Assembly (NCBI RefSeq): GCF_009914755.1
Contig: NC_060940.1
Direction: 5' to 3' (one strand)
Origin: the human T2T-CHM13v2.0 reference genome, Homo sapiens
Length of the DNA: 64,000 nucleotides
In this document: positions 1-18,176 of the stretch, piece after piece
Position numbering within the stretch: position 1 is the first letter of the stretch
How the letters are laid out: every line of letters begins with the position of its first letter
Notes under the pieces: generated by a model
The model's input: only the letters and a program-made list of their open reading frames with translations
Databases searched by the model: none
What the model was told of the DNA's origin: nothing
Made by a program: the position numbers and the translations under genes

Positions 1-278
1 ACGCTTCACACACTACCAGCAAATCCCATCAGTTCTATCCCAGAACTTTCCCCGACTCCTTGCACCCCTTACCTGGCTTAAACTGCCACCTCCTCCATCT
101 GGATTTTCCCACCTAGCTCCCCAAGGTCCTGCTGCTTCTACTCCAGCCCAGCACGCTTGCCAAAGGGGAGCAGGCACCACCCCTCCTGCGTAAACAGGTG
201 TCCAATGGCCCCATAGCACTCAGTAAGTAAACAGCAGTGCCCACACACAGCCTCCAACAGCTTGGATCCCTTACCTGA

Positions 279-479
<201 letters not shown>

Positions 480-775
480 TAGCTAGGATTACAGGCTCAT
501 GCCAGCACGCCCAGCTAATTTCTGTATTTTTAGTAGAGACAAGGTTTCACCATGTTGGCCAGGCTGGTCTCGAACCCCTGACCTCAAGTGTTCTGCCCGC
601 CTCAGCCTCCCAAACTGACGGGATTACAGGCGTGAGCCGCCAGGCCTGGCCTTACTATTTTCTTTTATAACGGCCTATTGGGCAGGCCCTGCCTATTCCA
701 AGCAACAGTGGAATGGACCGAGCAGGGAATGCCCGAGGCCAATGCAGGCCATCCAGTGCCAGCCCTCAGGCTCAC

Positions 776-864
776 CTCCTGCTCAGACGCTCCTCCCGTT
801 CCCTCTCCTCTCTCCTCCTCAAGCGATCCTGATTTCTCTTCTCCTGCTTTTCAGCGACAGTTTT
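776..864 (-). CDS. LUC7L: LUC7L coding exon 7 (KTVAEKQEKRNQDRLRRREEREREERLSR, start of RE/RS region, 89 nt); later exons lie left of the window
   Basis: tag acceptor and GAG|GTGAGC donor; in frame with exon 6; Arg/Glu-rich. Confidence 0.95.
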
Positions 865-3800
865 CTAAATAAATGAAACAAAAAATGAGGAAGAGCAAGT
901 TACACAAACCAGAGTGTGAATGCTACTTAACAAATCACCTTTATATGAGCTCAGTATTGGTAATTTAAAAATTGAAGGGACACTTTTAGGAAATGGGAAT
1001 ACTTTTTTTTTTCTCTTTGAAACGGTGTCTCACTGTCACCAGGCTGGAGTGCAGTGGCGTGATCTCGGCTCACTGCAACTTCCACCTCGAGTTCAACCTA
1101 TTCTTCTGCCTCGGCCTCCCAAGTAGCTGGGATTACAGGCACATGCCACCACACCCAACTAATTTTTGTATTTTTAGTAGAGATGGGGTTTCACCATGTT
1201 GGCCAGGATGGTCTTGATCTCTTGACCTTGTGACCCGCCTGCCTCAGCCTCCCAAAGTGCTGGGATTACAGGCATGAGCCACCGCGCCCGGCCAACACAT
1301 TCATTTTTAAAACTTCTTAATGAAGAAGATAACACATGAAAAAATGCTTTATCATTACATTTTTTTTTCCTGAGACAGAGTCCGCCCTGTTGCCCAGTGC
1401 AGTGGCGCGATCTTTGCTCACTGAAGCCTCTGCCTCCTGGGTTCAAGCGATTCTTCTGCCTCAGCCTCCTGAGTAGCTGGGATTACAAGCGTGCCAGCAC
1501 GGCCGGCTAATTTTTGTATGTTTAGTAGAGACGGGGTTTCACCATGTTGGTCTGGCTTGTCGCAAACTCCTAACCTTGTGATATGCCTGCCTCGGCCTCC
1601 CAAAGTGCAGCAATTACAGGCGTGAGGCACTGCACCCGGCCTCGTTTACATTTACTTTTTTTTTTTTTTTTGAGACGGAGTCTCGCTCTGTCACCCAGGC
1701 TGGAGTGCAGTGGCGCAATCTCGGCTCGCCGCAAGCTCCGCCTCCCGGGTTCACGCCATTCTCCTGTCCTGGCCTCCGGAGTAGCTGGGATTACAGGCGC
1801 CCGGCACTGCGCCCGGCTAATTTTTTGTATTTTTAGTAGAGACAGAGTTTCACCATGTTAGCCAGGATGGTCTCGATCTCCTGACCTCACGATCCGCCCG
1901 CCTCGGCCTCCCACAGTGCTGGGATTATAGGCATGAGCCACCGCGCTTGGCCACTTTTTTTTTTTTGAAACAGGGTCTTGCTCTGTCCACCCAGGCTGGA
2001 TGGAGTGCAGTGGCGCAATCACAGCTCACCGGAGCCTTGACCTCCCAGGCTCAAGCAAGCCTCTTTAGCTCCGCCTCCTGAGTAGCTGGGACTATAGGCG
2101 TGTGCCACCATGGCAGACTAATCTTTAAACATTTTTTATGGAGATGGAATCTTGCTATGTTGCCCAGGCTGAGCTTGAACTCCTCAACTCAAGCAATCCT
2201 CCTGCCTTGGCCTCCCAAAGTGCTGGGGTTACAGGCCTGAACCACCCAGCCTATCATTAGATTTTAACAATGTGGTAACAAACTGTCTATTCTAAGTGGT
2301 GCTATACTTCTAACTCACAGGGAATTGATCACATTGTTTCAAACCAACCCAGATAGGTAGGAGACTGTACAAACTTTATGGTAAAAAAGGACGGATGTAT
2401 CTCATCAAACACATCTTGCTACTGGGAGCAGAATCCCTACAGCCAAAAAGCAGCCCAACCTCAGGGTGCTGGGTGCTACGCTGGCTTTAGAACAAACTGA
2501 GTTGGAGGACAGCAGGCCAGGGGAGGTGGACCACAAATCCTCTGCAACTGGCTTTCAACACAGGATGATGTGAATCATCAGGCTTGATGAAGAAAGCAAT
2601 ATAAGGGGATGAGAAACCTCGCCAATGAAAATACCGTCAACACAAGCTGAGTGGAAAAGCACCGGGCACCGTTCTGTATACCCACTACTCCCAATATCAA
2701 CTCTAAGACATTTAATGCCCCTCATCTGTGTCAAGTGAAGCCCTGAGTGGGAGCAAGTCAGAGCCAGTAAGACAAAGAATCACGAGTCTTCTCCATCCAG
2801 AGAGCCACGATGGCATAAGGATAATCTTCCATACCCAGTGTGGATGAGAGCACGCTCCCCACAAGGGCACGGAAAGTATGCAGAGCTGGGTGACTGGTAT
2901 CTCCAGCTCTAAACTTTCACCCATGCTCACCCTGTGTCTGAAGCAGGGCACACATGGATGGACACCTTTAAGGTGATGTTTAAGGATGGCATTTAAGCCA
3001 GGTACGGTGGCTCATGCCATTTCAGCACTCTGGGAGGCTGAACTGGGAGGATCATGTGAGGACAGGAGTTTGAGACCAGCCTGGGAAACATAGTAAGACC
3101 TCCTACCTAAAAAAAAAAAATGAGCCAGATATGGTGGTGCATGCCTGTAGTCTCTGCTACTCAGGAGACTCAGGATGCAGGGCCACTTGAGTCCAGGAGT
3201 TCCAGGTTACAGTGACAATAAGCTATCAGCTACCATCACATCAGTACACTCCACCCTGGGTGCCAGAGGGAGACCCTGTCTCTGAAAAAAAAAACGAAAA
3301 AAATCCTCTGTTGTCTAGGTTGGAGTGTAGTGTCGTGATCACAGTTCACTGCAGCCTTGAGCTCCAAGGTCCAAACAATCCTCTTACCTCAGCCTCCTGA
3401 GTAGCTGGACCTACAGGCACACACCACCATGCTTGGCTAATTTTTAAATTTTTGGTAGAGACAGGGTCTCCTTATGTTGCCCACGCTGGTCTCAAACTCC
3501 TGGATTCAATCGATTCTCCTGCCTTGGCCTCCTAAAGACTGGAATTACAGGCGTGAGCCACCACACCCAGCCTCAAGGATGGCAGTTTTTAAAAAAATTA
3601 AGGATTAGCCAGGTGCAGTGGCTCATGTGTAATCCCAGCACTCTGGGAGGCCTAGGAAGGTGGATACCTCTGGGACTACTGTGAGTGAGGCCTCCTCTAA
3701 CTAGGGCACAGAACTCCCACTCTCCCTATCATTAAGAGGTGCACTTCCAAATACATTGTGCACTGTTACTTTAATAATTATTTATCAAAGTCTGTAATAC

Positions 3801-3974
3801 GAGTTGTGTTGTTTTGGTCAACTCTATGCTGCAATGATAAAACAAGCTTTCTAACCAAGTTAATGCTTCTTAAGGTAGAAGGGAAAAACATTTCACAATA
3901 TTCACATTTCTAATGCAGAGATACACATTAAGGAAATAAAAGATTGCAGATATTAAAAAAAAAATACTACATTA

Positions 3975-4605
<631 letters not shown>

Positions 4606-5826
4606 TAAGTGATCCGCCCTCCTCAGCCTCCCAAAGTGCTGGGATTACAGGTGTGAGCCACCATGCCTGGCCAAAAGCAAATTTTTAATAGAGTGGTAAA
4701 TGCATACTAAATTGTGATTTATAATTCTATTGGATACAGATACTTTTACATCTTTTTTTTTTTTTTTTTTTGAGACAGAGTCTCGCTCTGTCGCCCAGGC
4801 TGGAGTGCAGTGGTGCAATTTCGGCTCAGTGCAAGCTCCGCCTCCCGGGTTGACACCATTCTCCTGCCTCGGCCTCCCGAGTAGCTGGGACTACAGGTGC
4901 CCACCACCATGCTCGGCTAATTTTTGTATTTTTAGTAGAGACGGGGTTTCACCTTGTTAGCCAGGATGGTCTCAATCTCCTGACCCAGTGATCTGCCCGC
5001 CTCGGCCTCCCAAAATGCTGGGATTACAGGAGGCTGAGCCTCTGCACCCAGCCTTTTTTTTTTTTTTTTTTTTTTTTGAGACGGAGTCTTGCTCTGTCTC
5101 GTAGGCTGGAGTGCAGTGGCACAATTTCAGCTCACTGCTACCTCTGCCTCCCAGGTCAAGCAATTATCCTGCCTCAGCCTCCCGAGTAGCCAGGATTACA
5201 GGCGCCCGCTGCCATGCCTGGCTAATTTTTGTATTTTTAGTAAAGACGGGGTTTCACTATGTTGGCCAGGCTGGTCTTCAACTCCTGACCTCGTGATCCA
5301 CCTGCCTCGGCCTCCCGAAGTTTGGGATTACAGGCGTGAGCCACCACACCCAGCCTCACTTTTACATCTTTCATACCTATAAACTTATAAAGAAAAATTC
5401 CAACTTTGACAGAGTACATTGCTTTTCAAAATTCTCTCGGGAACACGGAAGTAAAATGTTTCAAGACCAGTGGCCGAGAATAACCTCACTGCTGCACCAG
5501 CTCCCATCACAGTCCCAGGTTCACACCATCACCTATGGGACCCTCCTGAGGTGCACAGCCCTGCCATATGCGGCCTGAGTGAGCAGCTCTTTCCTGGGGC
5601 ACAAAAGGCCCTCAGCCGTGGTCACTGCAGCATTCTGCAGTCAGCGACACGTCTGTCCCTCCACTACATTTCAGGTATACAGGGGGAGGCTGGCTAATTT
5701 CCCACCATCCTATCCTGAGGTCCTAGTATGCGGTGAGGGGGGCTCCATCAGTGTGAAGGGAGACAATTCAAAGTAGTGGAAATATGTCCAACCTTCCTTC
5801 TTAGCATTCCGTACTTAAAGTTTTTA

Positions 5827-6237
<411 letters not shown>

Positions 6238-6516
6238 TCACCCCGCCCTTCTGAGGTGGCTCACAGGCAAGGAGCCAGGATGTGTGACACTCTGTCTTGA
6301 CCAACCAGAGATTCTTTCTCATCTCCTAACAGAAGTTATTTCAGAGATACACAACGAGCTGTATGTATTCTGGGAACAGGCTCTGCCATTTTCTTCCCTT
6401 AACGACAGGGTCCAAAATAAATCTCCAAGGCTCCTTTGGACTCTGAGCTATCATGTCTCTTGTGTGAATCCAAGTGATGAAATCTGCGTATTTCACTATA
6501 AAACTCAAGTTCTTAG

Positions 6517-6846
<330 letters not shown>

Positions 6847-6906
6847 TAAAGAAATGTGAAAACACCCCAAGACTCCTCAGCTTTCTCCAGAAACAGATGA
6901 ACATAC

Positions 6907-7083
6907 CCTCAACTGATCAAGCTTCTCTCGGATCTGAATGAACCCCAAGTGTAACTTGCCACCGAAGTGGTCTGCCAGGCGACGGTCATTGTCATGGAGA
7001 CCAAGGTAGGCTGAACAGACCTCGCAGACACGCAGCTTTTGCTGCTGAAAACTGGATGCAGGCATGGAATTTCTGTATTCTTC
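6907..7083 (-). CDS. LUC7L: LUC7L coding exon 6 (EEYRNSMPASSFQQQKLRVCEVCSAYLGLHDNDRRLADHFGGKLHLGFIQIREKLDQLR, zinc finger 2, 177 nt)
   Basis: cag acceptor and AGG|GTATGT donor; CxxC...H...H LUC7 zinc finger 2 motif in ORF 6877..7143. Confidence 0.98.
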
Positions 7084-7723
7084 CTGAAGAAGGAAAATGG
7101 AGAAATAAAAGTGAGGTATATAGAACTGCCACCACAAATTCAATCTCCAAAATGAAAATATTTGATAAGATGACAGAGGTGACTTTTAAACAAATATTAA
7201 AAAAACACAAACAAAACTTCAGATATTTATAACCAACTCAATTTTCACTGTTTATTTAAGAAACGCGGCCAGGCACGGTCCCAGCACTTTGTGAGGCCAG
7301 GTGGGCGGATCATGTGGTCAAGAGATCAAGACCAGGCCAGGCGCGGTGGCTCACGCCTGTAATCCCAGCACTTTGGGAGGCTGAGGCTGGCGGATCACCT
7401 GAGGTCCGGAGTTCAAGATCAGCCTGACCAACATGGAGAAACCCCATCTCTATTAAAAATACAAAAGTAGCCGGGTGTGGTGGCGCATGCCTGTAATCCC
7501 AGCTATTCTGGAGGCTGAGGCAGGAGAATGGCTTGAACTCGGGAGGCGGAGGTTGCTGTTGAGCTGAGATCGCACAGGCAACAAGAGCAAAACCCTGTCT
7601 CAAAAAAAAAAAAAAAAAAAAAAGAGAGATCGAGACCATCCTGGCCAACTTTGTGAAACCCCGTCTCTACTAAAAATACAAAAATCAGCTGGGTGTGGTG
7701 GCACATGCCTGTAGTCCCAGCTA

Positions 7724-7861
<138 letters not shown>

Positions 7862-9270
7862 TCAGTGGCTCACGCCTGTAATCCCAGCATTCCGAGGCCA
7901 AGGCAGACAGATCACTTGAGGCCAGGAGTTCAAGACGAGCCTGGCAACATAGCAAAACCCTGTCTCTACTAAAAATACAAAAATTGGCCGGGCGCGGTGG
8001 CTCACGCCTGTAATCCCAGCACTTTGGGAGGCTGAGGCAGGCGAATCATGGGGTCAGGAGATCACGACCATCCTGGCTAACACGGTGAAACCCCGTCTCT
8101 ACTAAAAAAACAGAAAAAATTAGCTGGGCGTGGTGGCGGGCGCCTGTAGTCCCAGCTACTCAGGAGGCTGAGGCAGGAGAATGGCGTGAACCCGGCAGGC
8201 GGAGCTTGTAGTGAGCCAAGATCATGCCACTGGGCGAAAGAGCGAGACTCCGTCTCAAAAGAAAAAAAAAAAAAAAAGCCAGATGGCGGCAGGCATCTGT
8301 AATTCCAGCTACTGGAGAGGCTGAGGCACAAATTGTTTAAGCCCAGGAGGTGGAGGTTGCAGTGAGCTGAGATCACACCACTGCATTCCAACCTGGAGGA
8401 CAGAGGAAAACTCCAAAAAGGAAAAAAAAAAAATTGTATTCCAGGCCTGGTGTAGTGACTCACACCTATAATCTCAGCACTTTAGGAGAGTGAAGCAAGA
8501 AGATCACTTGGCCCCAGGAGATTGAGATCACCCTGAGCAACACAGCAAGACTCAGTCTCTAAAAATAAGAAAATAATTAGCCCGCTGTGGTGGCACGTGC
8601 CTATAGTCCCACCTACTCAAGAGACTGATTCGAGAGGACTGCTTGAGCCCAGGAGGTTGAAGGGGCAGTGACCTGTGACTGCGCCACTGTACTTCAGCCT
8701 GGGTGACCCTGGCTGACAGCAGGACCCTCTAATATTAAAAAAAATAGGCTGGGCACAGTGGCTAACACCTGCAATCCCAGCACTTTGGGAGGCCAAGGCA
8801 GGTGGATCACAAGGTCAGGAGTCCGAGAAGGTGAAACCCCGTCTCTATTAAAAATACAAAAAAATTAGCTGGGCACGGTGGCTGGCACCTGTAATCCCAG
8901 CTACTCGGGAGGCTGAGTCTGAGAATTACTTGAACCCGGGAGTCAGAGGATGCAGTGAGCCGAGATCGCACCACAGCAATCCAGCCTGGGCGACAGAGCG
9001 AGACTCTGTCTGAGAAAAAAAAAAAAAAAAAAAGTAGACAAGGAACTAGCAAGAACTTGAATTTCCATTATAGTATGCTACATAACTAAAAAAAAAAAAA
9101 AAAAAAAAACTTAAGCAAAAACAATATTGTGGTACACAAATATTCATAACATTACTCTGTCCCCTTCTATAGTTTTGAAACCTTAAATGCCACCTTCTAA
9201 CATCTTTCAAAATAAACTCTGATTATGTTGAGTAAAAAAAGTCAGTCCCAAAAGGTTACCTACTGTATGA

Positions 9271-9462
<192 letters not shown>

Positions 9463-9513
9463 TAGTAGAGACGGAGTATCACCATGTTAGCCAGGATGGT
9501 CTCGATCTCCTGA

Positions 9514-9892
<379 letters not shown>

Positions 9893-10029
9893 TAATTTCT
9901 TTGTAAAGATGGGGTATCCCTATGTTGCCCAGGCTGGTCTCAAACTCCTGGACTCAAGCAATCCTCCTGCCTCGACCTTCCAAAGTGTTGAGATTACAGG
10001 CATGAGCCACCATACCCACCCTCCATAAG

Positions 10030-10285
10030 CTTTTACGCTGGGCAGAAGGCAGCAAAAGGGGAGTCAGCATATCACATGGCAAAAGAAGAGTGAGACAGAG
10101 AGAAGGACCTAGGCTCCTTTAAACAATCAGCTCTGAGGTGAACTCACTATCCCAGGGAGGGCACCAAGCCATTGATGAGTGAACCACCCCCATGACCCAA
10201 ACACCTCCCACTAGACCCCACCTCCAACATTGGAGGTCACATTTCAACATGAGATTTGGACGTGCCACACATCCAAACCGTATCA
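10030..10285 (+). mobile_element. MaLR LTR fragment (MST-like)
   Basis: Characteristic 3' end: cccccatgacccaaacacctccca...tttcaacatgagatttgga...catccaaaccgtatca. Confidence 0.75.
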
Positions 10286-10568
10286 AGTGTTATTTTTTAT
10301 CTTTTATACTGTATTTTTACCGTACCTTTTCTATGTTTACGTACACAAATATTTAGGGGCCCACTGTGTTGCAACTGCCTATAGTATTCAGCACAGTAAC
10401 ATGCTGTACAGGTGTGGAGCCTAGGAGCAATGGGCTCTACCATACAGCCCACATGGCTATACCACCCAGGTTTGTTAAGCACACTCTATAATGTTCTCAC
10501 AATGATGAACCATGGAACGCACTTCTCAGAATATTTAATCCTTGTCATTAAGAAAGATATGACTGTAC
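10286..10568. mobile_element. Tigger3/MER7-like DNA transposon remnant
   Basis: ttttatactgtatttttaccgtacc...gcctaggagcaatgggct...cattaagaaagatatgactgta resembles Tigger3 sequence and terminus. Confidence 0.65.
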
Positions 10569-10569
10569 T

Positions 10570-12000
<1,431 letters not shown>

Positions 12001-12268
12001 ATGGCCTGGCGAAGTGGCTCACGCCTGTGATCCCAGCACTTTGGGAGGCCAAGGCAGACGGATCACCTGAGGTCAGAAGTTTGAGACCAGCTTGGCCAAC
12101 ACGGTGAAACCCCATCCCTACTAGAAATGAAAAAAAAAAAAAAAAATTAGCCATGGGCCGAGCATGGTGGCTCACTCCTGTAATCCCAGCAGTTTGGGAG
12201 ACCGAGGCGGGTGGACCACGAGGTCAGATTGAGACCATCCTGGCTAACACAGTGAAACCCCATCTCTA

Positions 12269-12457
<189 letters not shown>

Positions 12458-12469
12458 TTATAAGGAAGA

Positions 12470-13280
12470 GAAAATAAAATACATTTATAGTACTGTGCTG
12501 TACTGATCACTTCTGTACGTTTACACTGCTCATTTACAAGATGAATTGTCCGTCTGAAATGGTAGCAACTGCAGCTGCAGACCTCAATCTAATGTATACA
12601 TCAAGCAACTCAACTTTTTCTTGTAATATCATGGCTGTTCTTGCCTTCTTGGGAGCATTTTCAGCATCACTAGTGGCATATGGATCCTATGGCATTACTC
12701 AAAGTTTATGGTATTGCACTAAACACGATGAAAAACGCCTAGGAACCCTGTGAGTTCACTTTTTACTGCAGTAGGAATGTACTGGAGAGGTGAACTGCTC
12801 CTTCGGAGATGATGAGTGTCACGTGGTGTTTCAAGGGGATACTCACGACCCTTGAGCTCCACACAATGGCAACAGGAAGTGGCATGAATTATTACAGTAG
12901 TACAGTACCTATTACAGTTATTCTTAGGCAGCCCTGATTTAATACTGCACCTCTGCACTACGTTTGTTAACATCTCTCTACGGCGAATGCTGTCATGTAT
13001 GGTCTGTAAGCGTTTGCATGTAGCCTCTTCTTTTTTAGAGACAGGGTCTTGCTATGTTATCCAGGCTGGACTCCAAAAGTCCTAGGATTAAGGGATCCTC
13101 TCATCTCAGCCTCCCGAACAGCTGAGACTAAAGCCAAGAGCCACCATAGCTGGCCATATGCTTAAGTTTTGACAAATGTTACCTTTTCATAATAGACTTG
13201 TGTATATTTTATGGCAGTAAATAAAAGACTAGTATCCTCATATATTTTATGTATTCATGACATACCTAACATTTTCTGCA
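12470..13280. mobile_element. TcMar-Tigger-type DNA transposon remnant (MER82/Tigger7-like), split by an Alu monomer
   Basis: gcagacctcaatct...cagcatcactagtggca...gtattgcactaaacacgatgaaaa resembles this family; subfamily uncertain. Confidence 0.55.
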
Positions 13281-13440
13281 GACTTTGGGTGATAATGACA
13301 AGTCAACGTAGACCCACTGACTGTGGGCAGATGCTAGGAATGGAGGAGGCTGTCTGAGGAGAGGGTACATGGAGAATCTCTGTACTTTCCTCTCAATTTA
13401 GCTATGAAGCTAAAACTGCTTGCAAAAACAGCGTTTATAA

Positions 13441-13611
<171 letters not shown>

Positions 13612-13844
13612 TAGTAGAGACGGGGATTCGCTGTGTTAGCCAGGATGGTCTTATCTCCTGACCTCGTGATCCGCCCGCCTCGGCCTTCCAAAGTGCTGGG
13701 ATGACAGGCGTGAGCCACTGTGCTGGGCCCAAAATGTATAAATTTTTTAAAAAATGGGAGCAAGCATGGGCTCAATTAATTCCAACGGTCAACGCTGCCA
13801 AATTACTAAGATTTCTCTTGCCCTAAGGCACTTATCTCACCAAC

Positions 13845-13988
13845 CTCAGCTTCTTTTTTCTTCGCACGAACTTTTTCCACTTCCATAAGAATCTTCTGGG
13901 ATTCATCCACATTACCTTCAGCCCCTAGCTGTTCGGCTTTAGCAAGGAGTTTTCCTATTTCTTCATTTAACTCATGTACTTTTTCTGC
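13845..13988 (-). CDS. LUC7L: LUC7L coding exon 5 (AEKVHELNEEIGKLLAKAEQLGAEGNVDESQKILMEVEKVRAKKKEAE, 144 nt)
   Basis: cag acceptor and GAG|GTTGGT donor; lies within ORF 13806..14069. Confidence 0.97.
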
Positions 13989-14877
13989 CTGTGAGGAGAA
14001 AGAATGAGGTAAGCAGACATCTGAAAATGAAAGTGAATGCAAAGGCAACAAGGGTTTCTCCTGCTCCATTTCCAGTCTGAAAATAAGTGGAAGAGCTAAA
14101 GATCCACACTTAACAATGAAGGCATCCTTACTGCCAGCATTGAGACTGTAACCATAAACGAGTCCTATGTTCCAATGAAACCAGTGGCACCTTTGTCACT
14201 TCCGACATGCTTCCAAGGATCATCACAGATTGGTCATTGTCTAGGCTGTCTCTCTTTATGACTTTTTCTTCTGGGTATGGTAATAAAATGCCTAGGTTTA
14301 AATGTACAGATTTAAGCTGTAACCAAAATACCTAATTACTAGGATTTACCTTCTGAAACAAAATAGCACCGTTGGTCAAATTAGCAATTGCATAAATCCT
14401 AAGAAATGCTTTTACAACACTGAAAAGAAAAAACAAGGAGAGGCTTAGTTCCACTGAAGAGAAAAACAGAAGAGTGATGTAAATGGCACTCAGTCTAATT
14501 ACATATAAATCTACCTCCTTTTCATTCTATGATATGGATGTACCACAGTTTGACCATTTCCTTACCAATTCTTTCCAGTTTTATGTGGAGATATTAAAGT
14601 TTAAAACAACATGCAGAGGCTGGGCATGCTGGCTCACACCTGTAATCCCAGCACTTCGGGAGGACAAGGCGGGAGGATTGCTTAAGCCCAAGAGTTCCAG
14701 ACCAGCTTGGGCAACAGACTCCATCTTTATTAAAAAAAAAAAAAAAAAAAAAAAAGATGGCTGGGTGCAGTGGCTCATGCCTGTAATCCCAGTACTTTGG
14801 GAAAACGAGGCGGGCAGATCACGAGGTCAAGAGATCGAGACCATCCTGGCTAACACAGTGAAACCCCGTCTCTACTA

Positions 14878-15039
<162 letters not shown>

Positions 15040-15662
15040 TTAAAAAAAAAAAAAAACCGACAATAATTTTTTTTTCTTTTGAGGCAGGGTCTCACTCTGT
15101 TATCCAGGCTGAAGCAAAGTAGCATGATCACAGCTCATTGAAGCCTCAATCTCCCCAAGCTCAAGTGATCCTCCCACCTCAGCCTCCTGAGTAACTGGGA
15201 TACACATGTGCACCACCAAGCCTGGCTAATATATGTATTTTTTGTAGAGATGGGGTTTCTTCATGTTGCTCAGGTCTAAAACTCCTGGGCTCAAGCAGTC
15301 TGCCCCCACCTTGGTGTCCCAAAGTGCTGGGACTACAAGCATAAGCCACCAAACTCAGCGAAGAATATATTAAAATTAAAAAATAATGACAAACCATGTA
15401 CAGAGGACGAAAATGGAGAGAATAAAAAGACAGAGGTAGCAGCTCCTGAGGGATGAGAATTCCATGACACATGAATGCTTGATCACAGCCCTCTATCCTT
15501 AACTGGAGTAAGGCAGAGAGTACTGTCCACACAATCAGTGCTGAGGGTCAGTTAATAGCTATTGACAACGCCGGGCGCGGTGGCTCACGCCTGTAATCCC
15601 AGCACTTTGGGAGGCTGAGGCAGGCAGATCACGAGGTCAGGAGATCAAGACCATACCGGCTA

Positions 15663-16029
<367 letters not shown>

Positions 16030-16441
16030 CTAGCACGGGAAAAGCACAGCGCTATAATCAATGATGTGTAAAGCGTAAAGTCTTAGAACCCATTTGCTTG
16101 ATAGGAAATACACTCCTAGGTTCGTTTCTTTAAAGCCTGTACATTCAAGGGAAAGATCTTAAACTACACTACCACTAACGCATTCATAATTGCATTAAAT
16201 CAAGGGGATCTGTTAAACAGAATGATTGTTTGGAAGCATGGTCTTCTCATTTGATTTACTTATTTCCAAAATTTGTAAAAGGACCTCCAACCCTCAATAA
16301 CATTACAAAGAAATTCTGAGGAAAATTAAAACACTTGGCAGCAATTCATAGAGTTCTCGGAGGGACAGAAAAGGCTGAGCCTAGACTCGTGCTGGAGGCC
16401 CTCTTCTGGGGAGTTGTGAGAGATGCATATGATGTACTCAC

Positions 16442-16505
16442 TGGTCTTTGTGAGCCACGTAAATATTATTCCCTCATGTTCTGAGGGTAGGGTCCCCCCT
16501 TTCAC
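16442..16505 (-). other. LUC7L: 64-nt frameshifting (poison) cassette exon candidate in LUC7L intron 3
   Basis: tgttttgtttttgag acceptor and CCA|GTGAGT donor; inclusion gives TGA at 16000-15998 in exon 4; sits in an Alu-free island. Confidence 0.65.
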
Positions 16506-17224
16506 CTCAAAAACAAAACAATAGAACAAATATTACTGAGAGCTATGAATACATTTTGTTATTGCCTACTATCTAAAGTAGCAGGAAAAATTGGTTGCTA
16601 TTTACCCAAAGAGATAAAGGAAAAGAAGCTGTAGACGTCAAATTGCTTACTCTGAAAAGGGTGGTGGGAAACATTAAGAGAACTATCATATGCTAAGGTT
16701 AATTCACCATAACTAGGCAAAGGCTAACATAATTTCAGATAAAAACAGAGACAGGACCGGACGCAGTGGCTCACACCTGTAATCCCAGCACTTTGTGAGG
16801 CCAAGGTGGGCGGATCATGAGGTCAGGAGTTCAAGACCAGTCTAGCCAACATGGTCTCTAATAAAAATACAAAAATTAGCTGGGCATGATAGCGGGTGCC
16901 TGTAATCCCAGCTACTCAGGTGGCTGAGGCAGGAGAATCGCTTGAGCCTCGGAGGCAGAAGTTGTAGTGAACTGAGACCAGACCACCACACTCCAGCCTA
17001 GGCAACAGAGCAAGACTCCGTATCAAAAACAAAAACAAAAACAAAAAAAGGCAGGGCCCAGTGGCTCACACCTGTAATCCCAGCACTTTGGGAGGCCGAG
17101 GCGGGAGGATCCATGAGGTCAGAGGTTCAAGACCAGCCTTCCCAATACAGTGAAGCCCCATCTCTACTAAAAACATAAAAATTAGCTGGGCGTGGTAGCA
17201 TGCACCTGTAGTTCCAGCTACTCA

Positions 17225-17512
<288 letters not shown>

Positions 17513-17821
17513 TTAGGTGGAGATGAGAAGGCAGATGACAGGAAAACACTAAGGGGTGATAACCTAAGTCACCGCTCCTAAAACAGACAGGAGACAGTAG
17601 GTCAGCTGTAATAAACTGCTCCACAATGGATTACACAGACACTGGAGAAGATTGTGATCTTCTCTAGAAATCTTAAATATTTTTTTCAAAAACATGCATA
17701 CTTGGGAGTAGGTAAGATAGGGAAGAACCTCCAAGTCTCCTGGTGCCCAGTCTCCCAAGAAGCTGGAGAAAGCACAAGCAGCATCACTGATGAAGGCTGA
17801 CTCCCAGATATCACTCCATAA

Positions 17822-18176
<355 letters not shown>

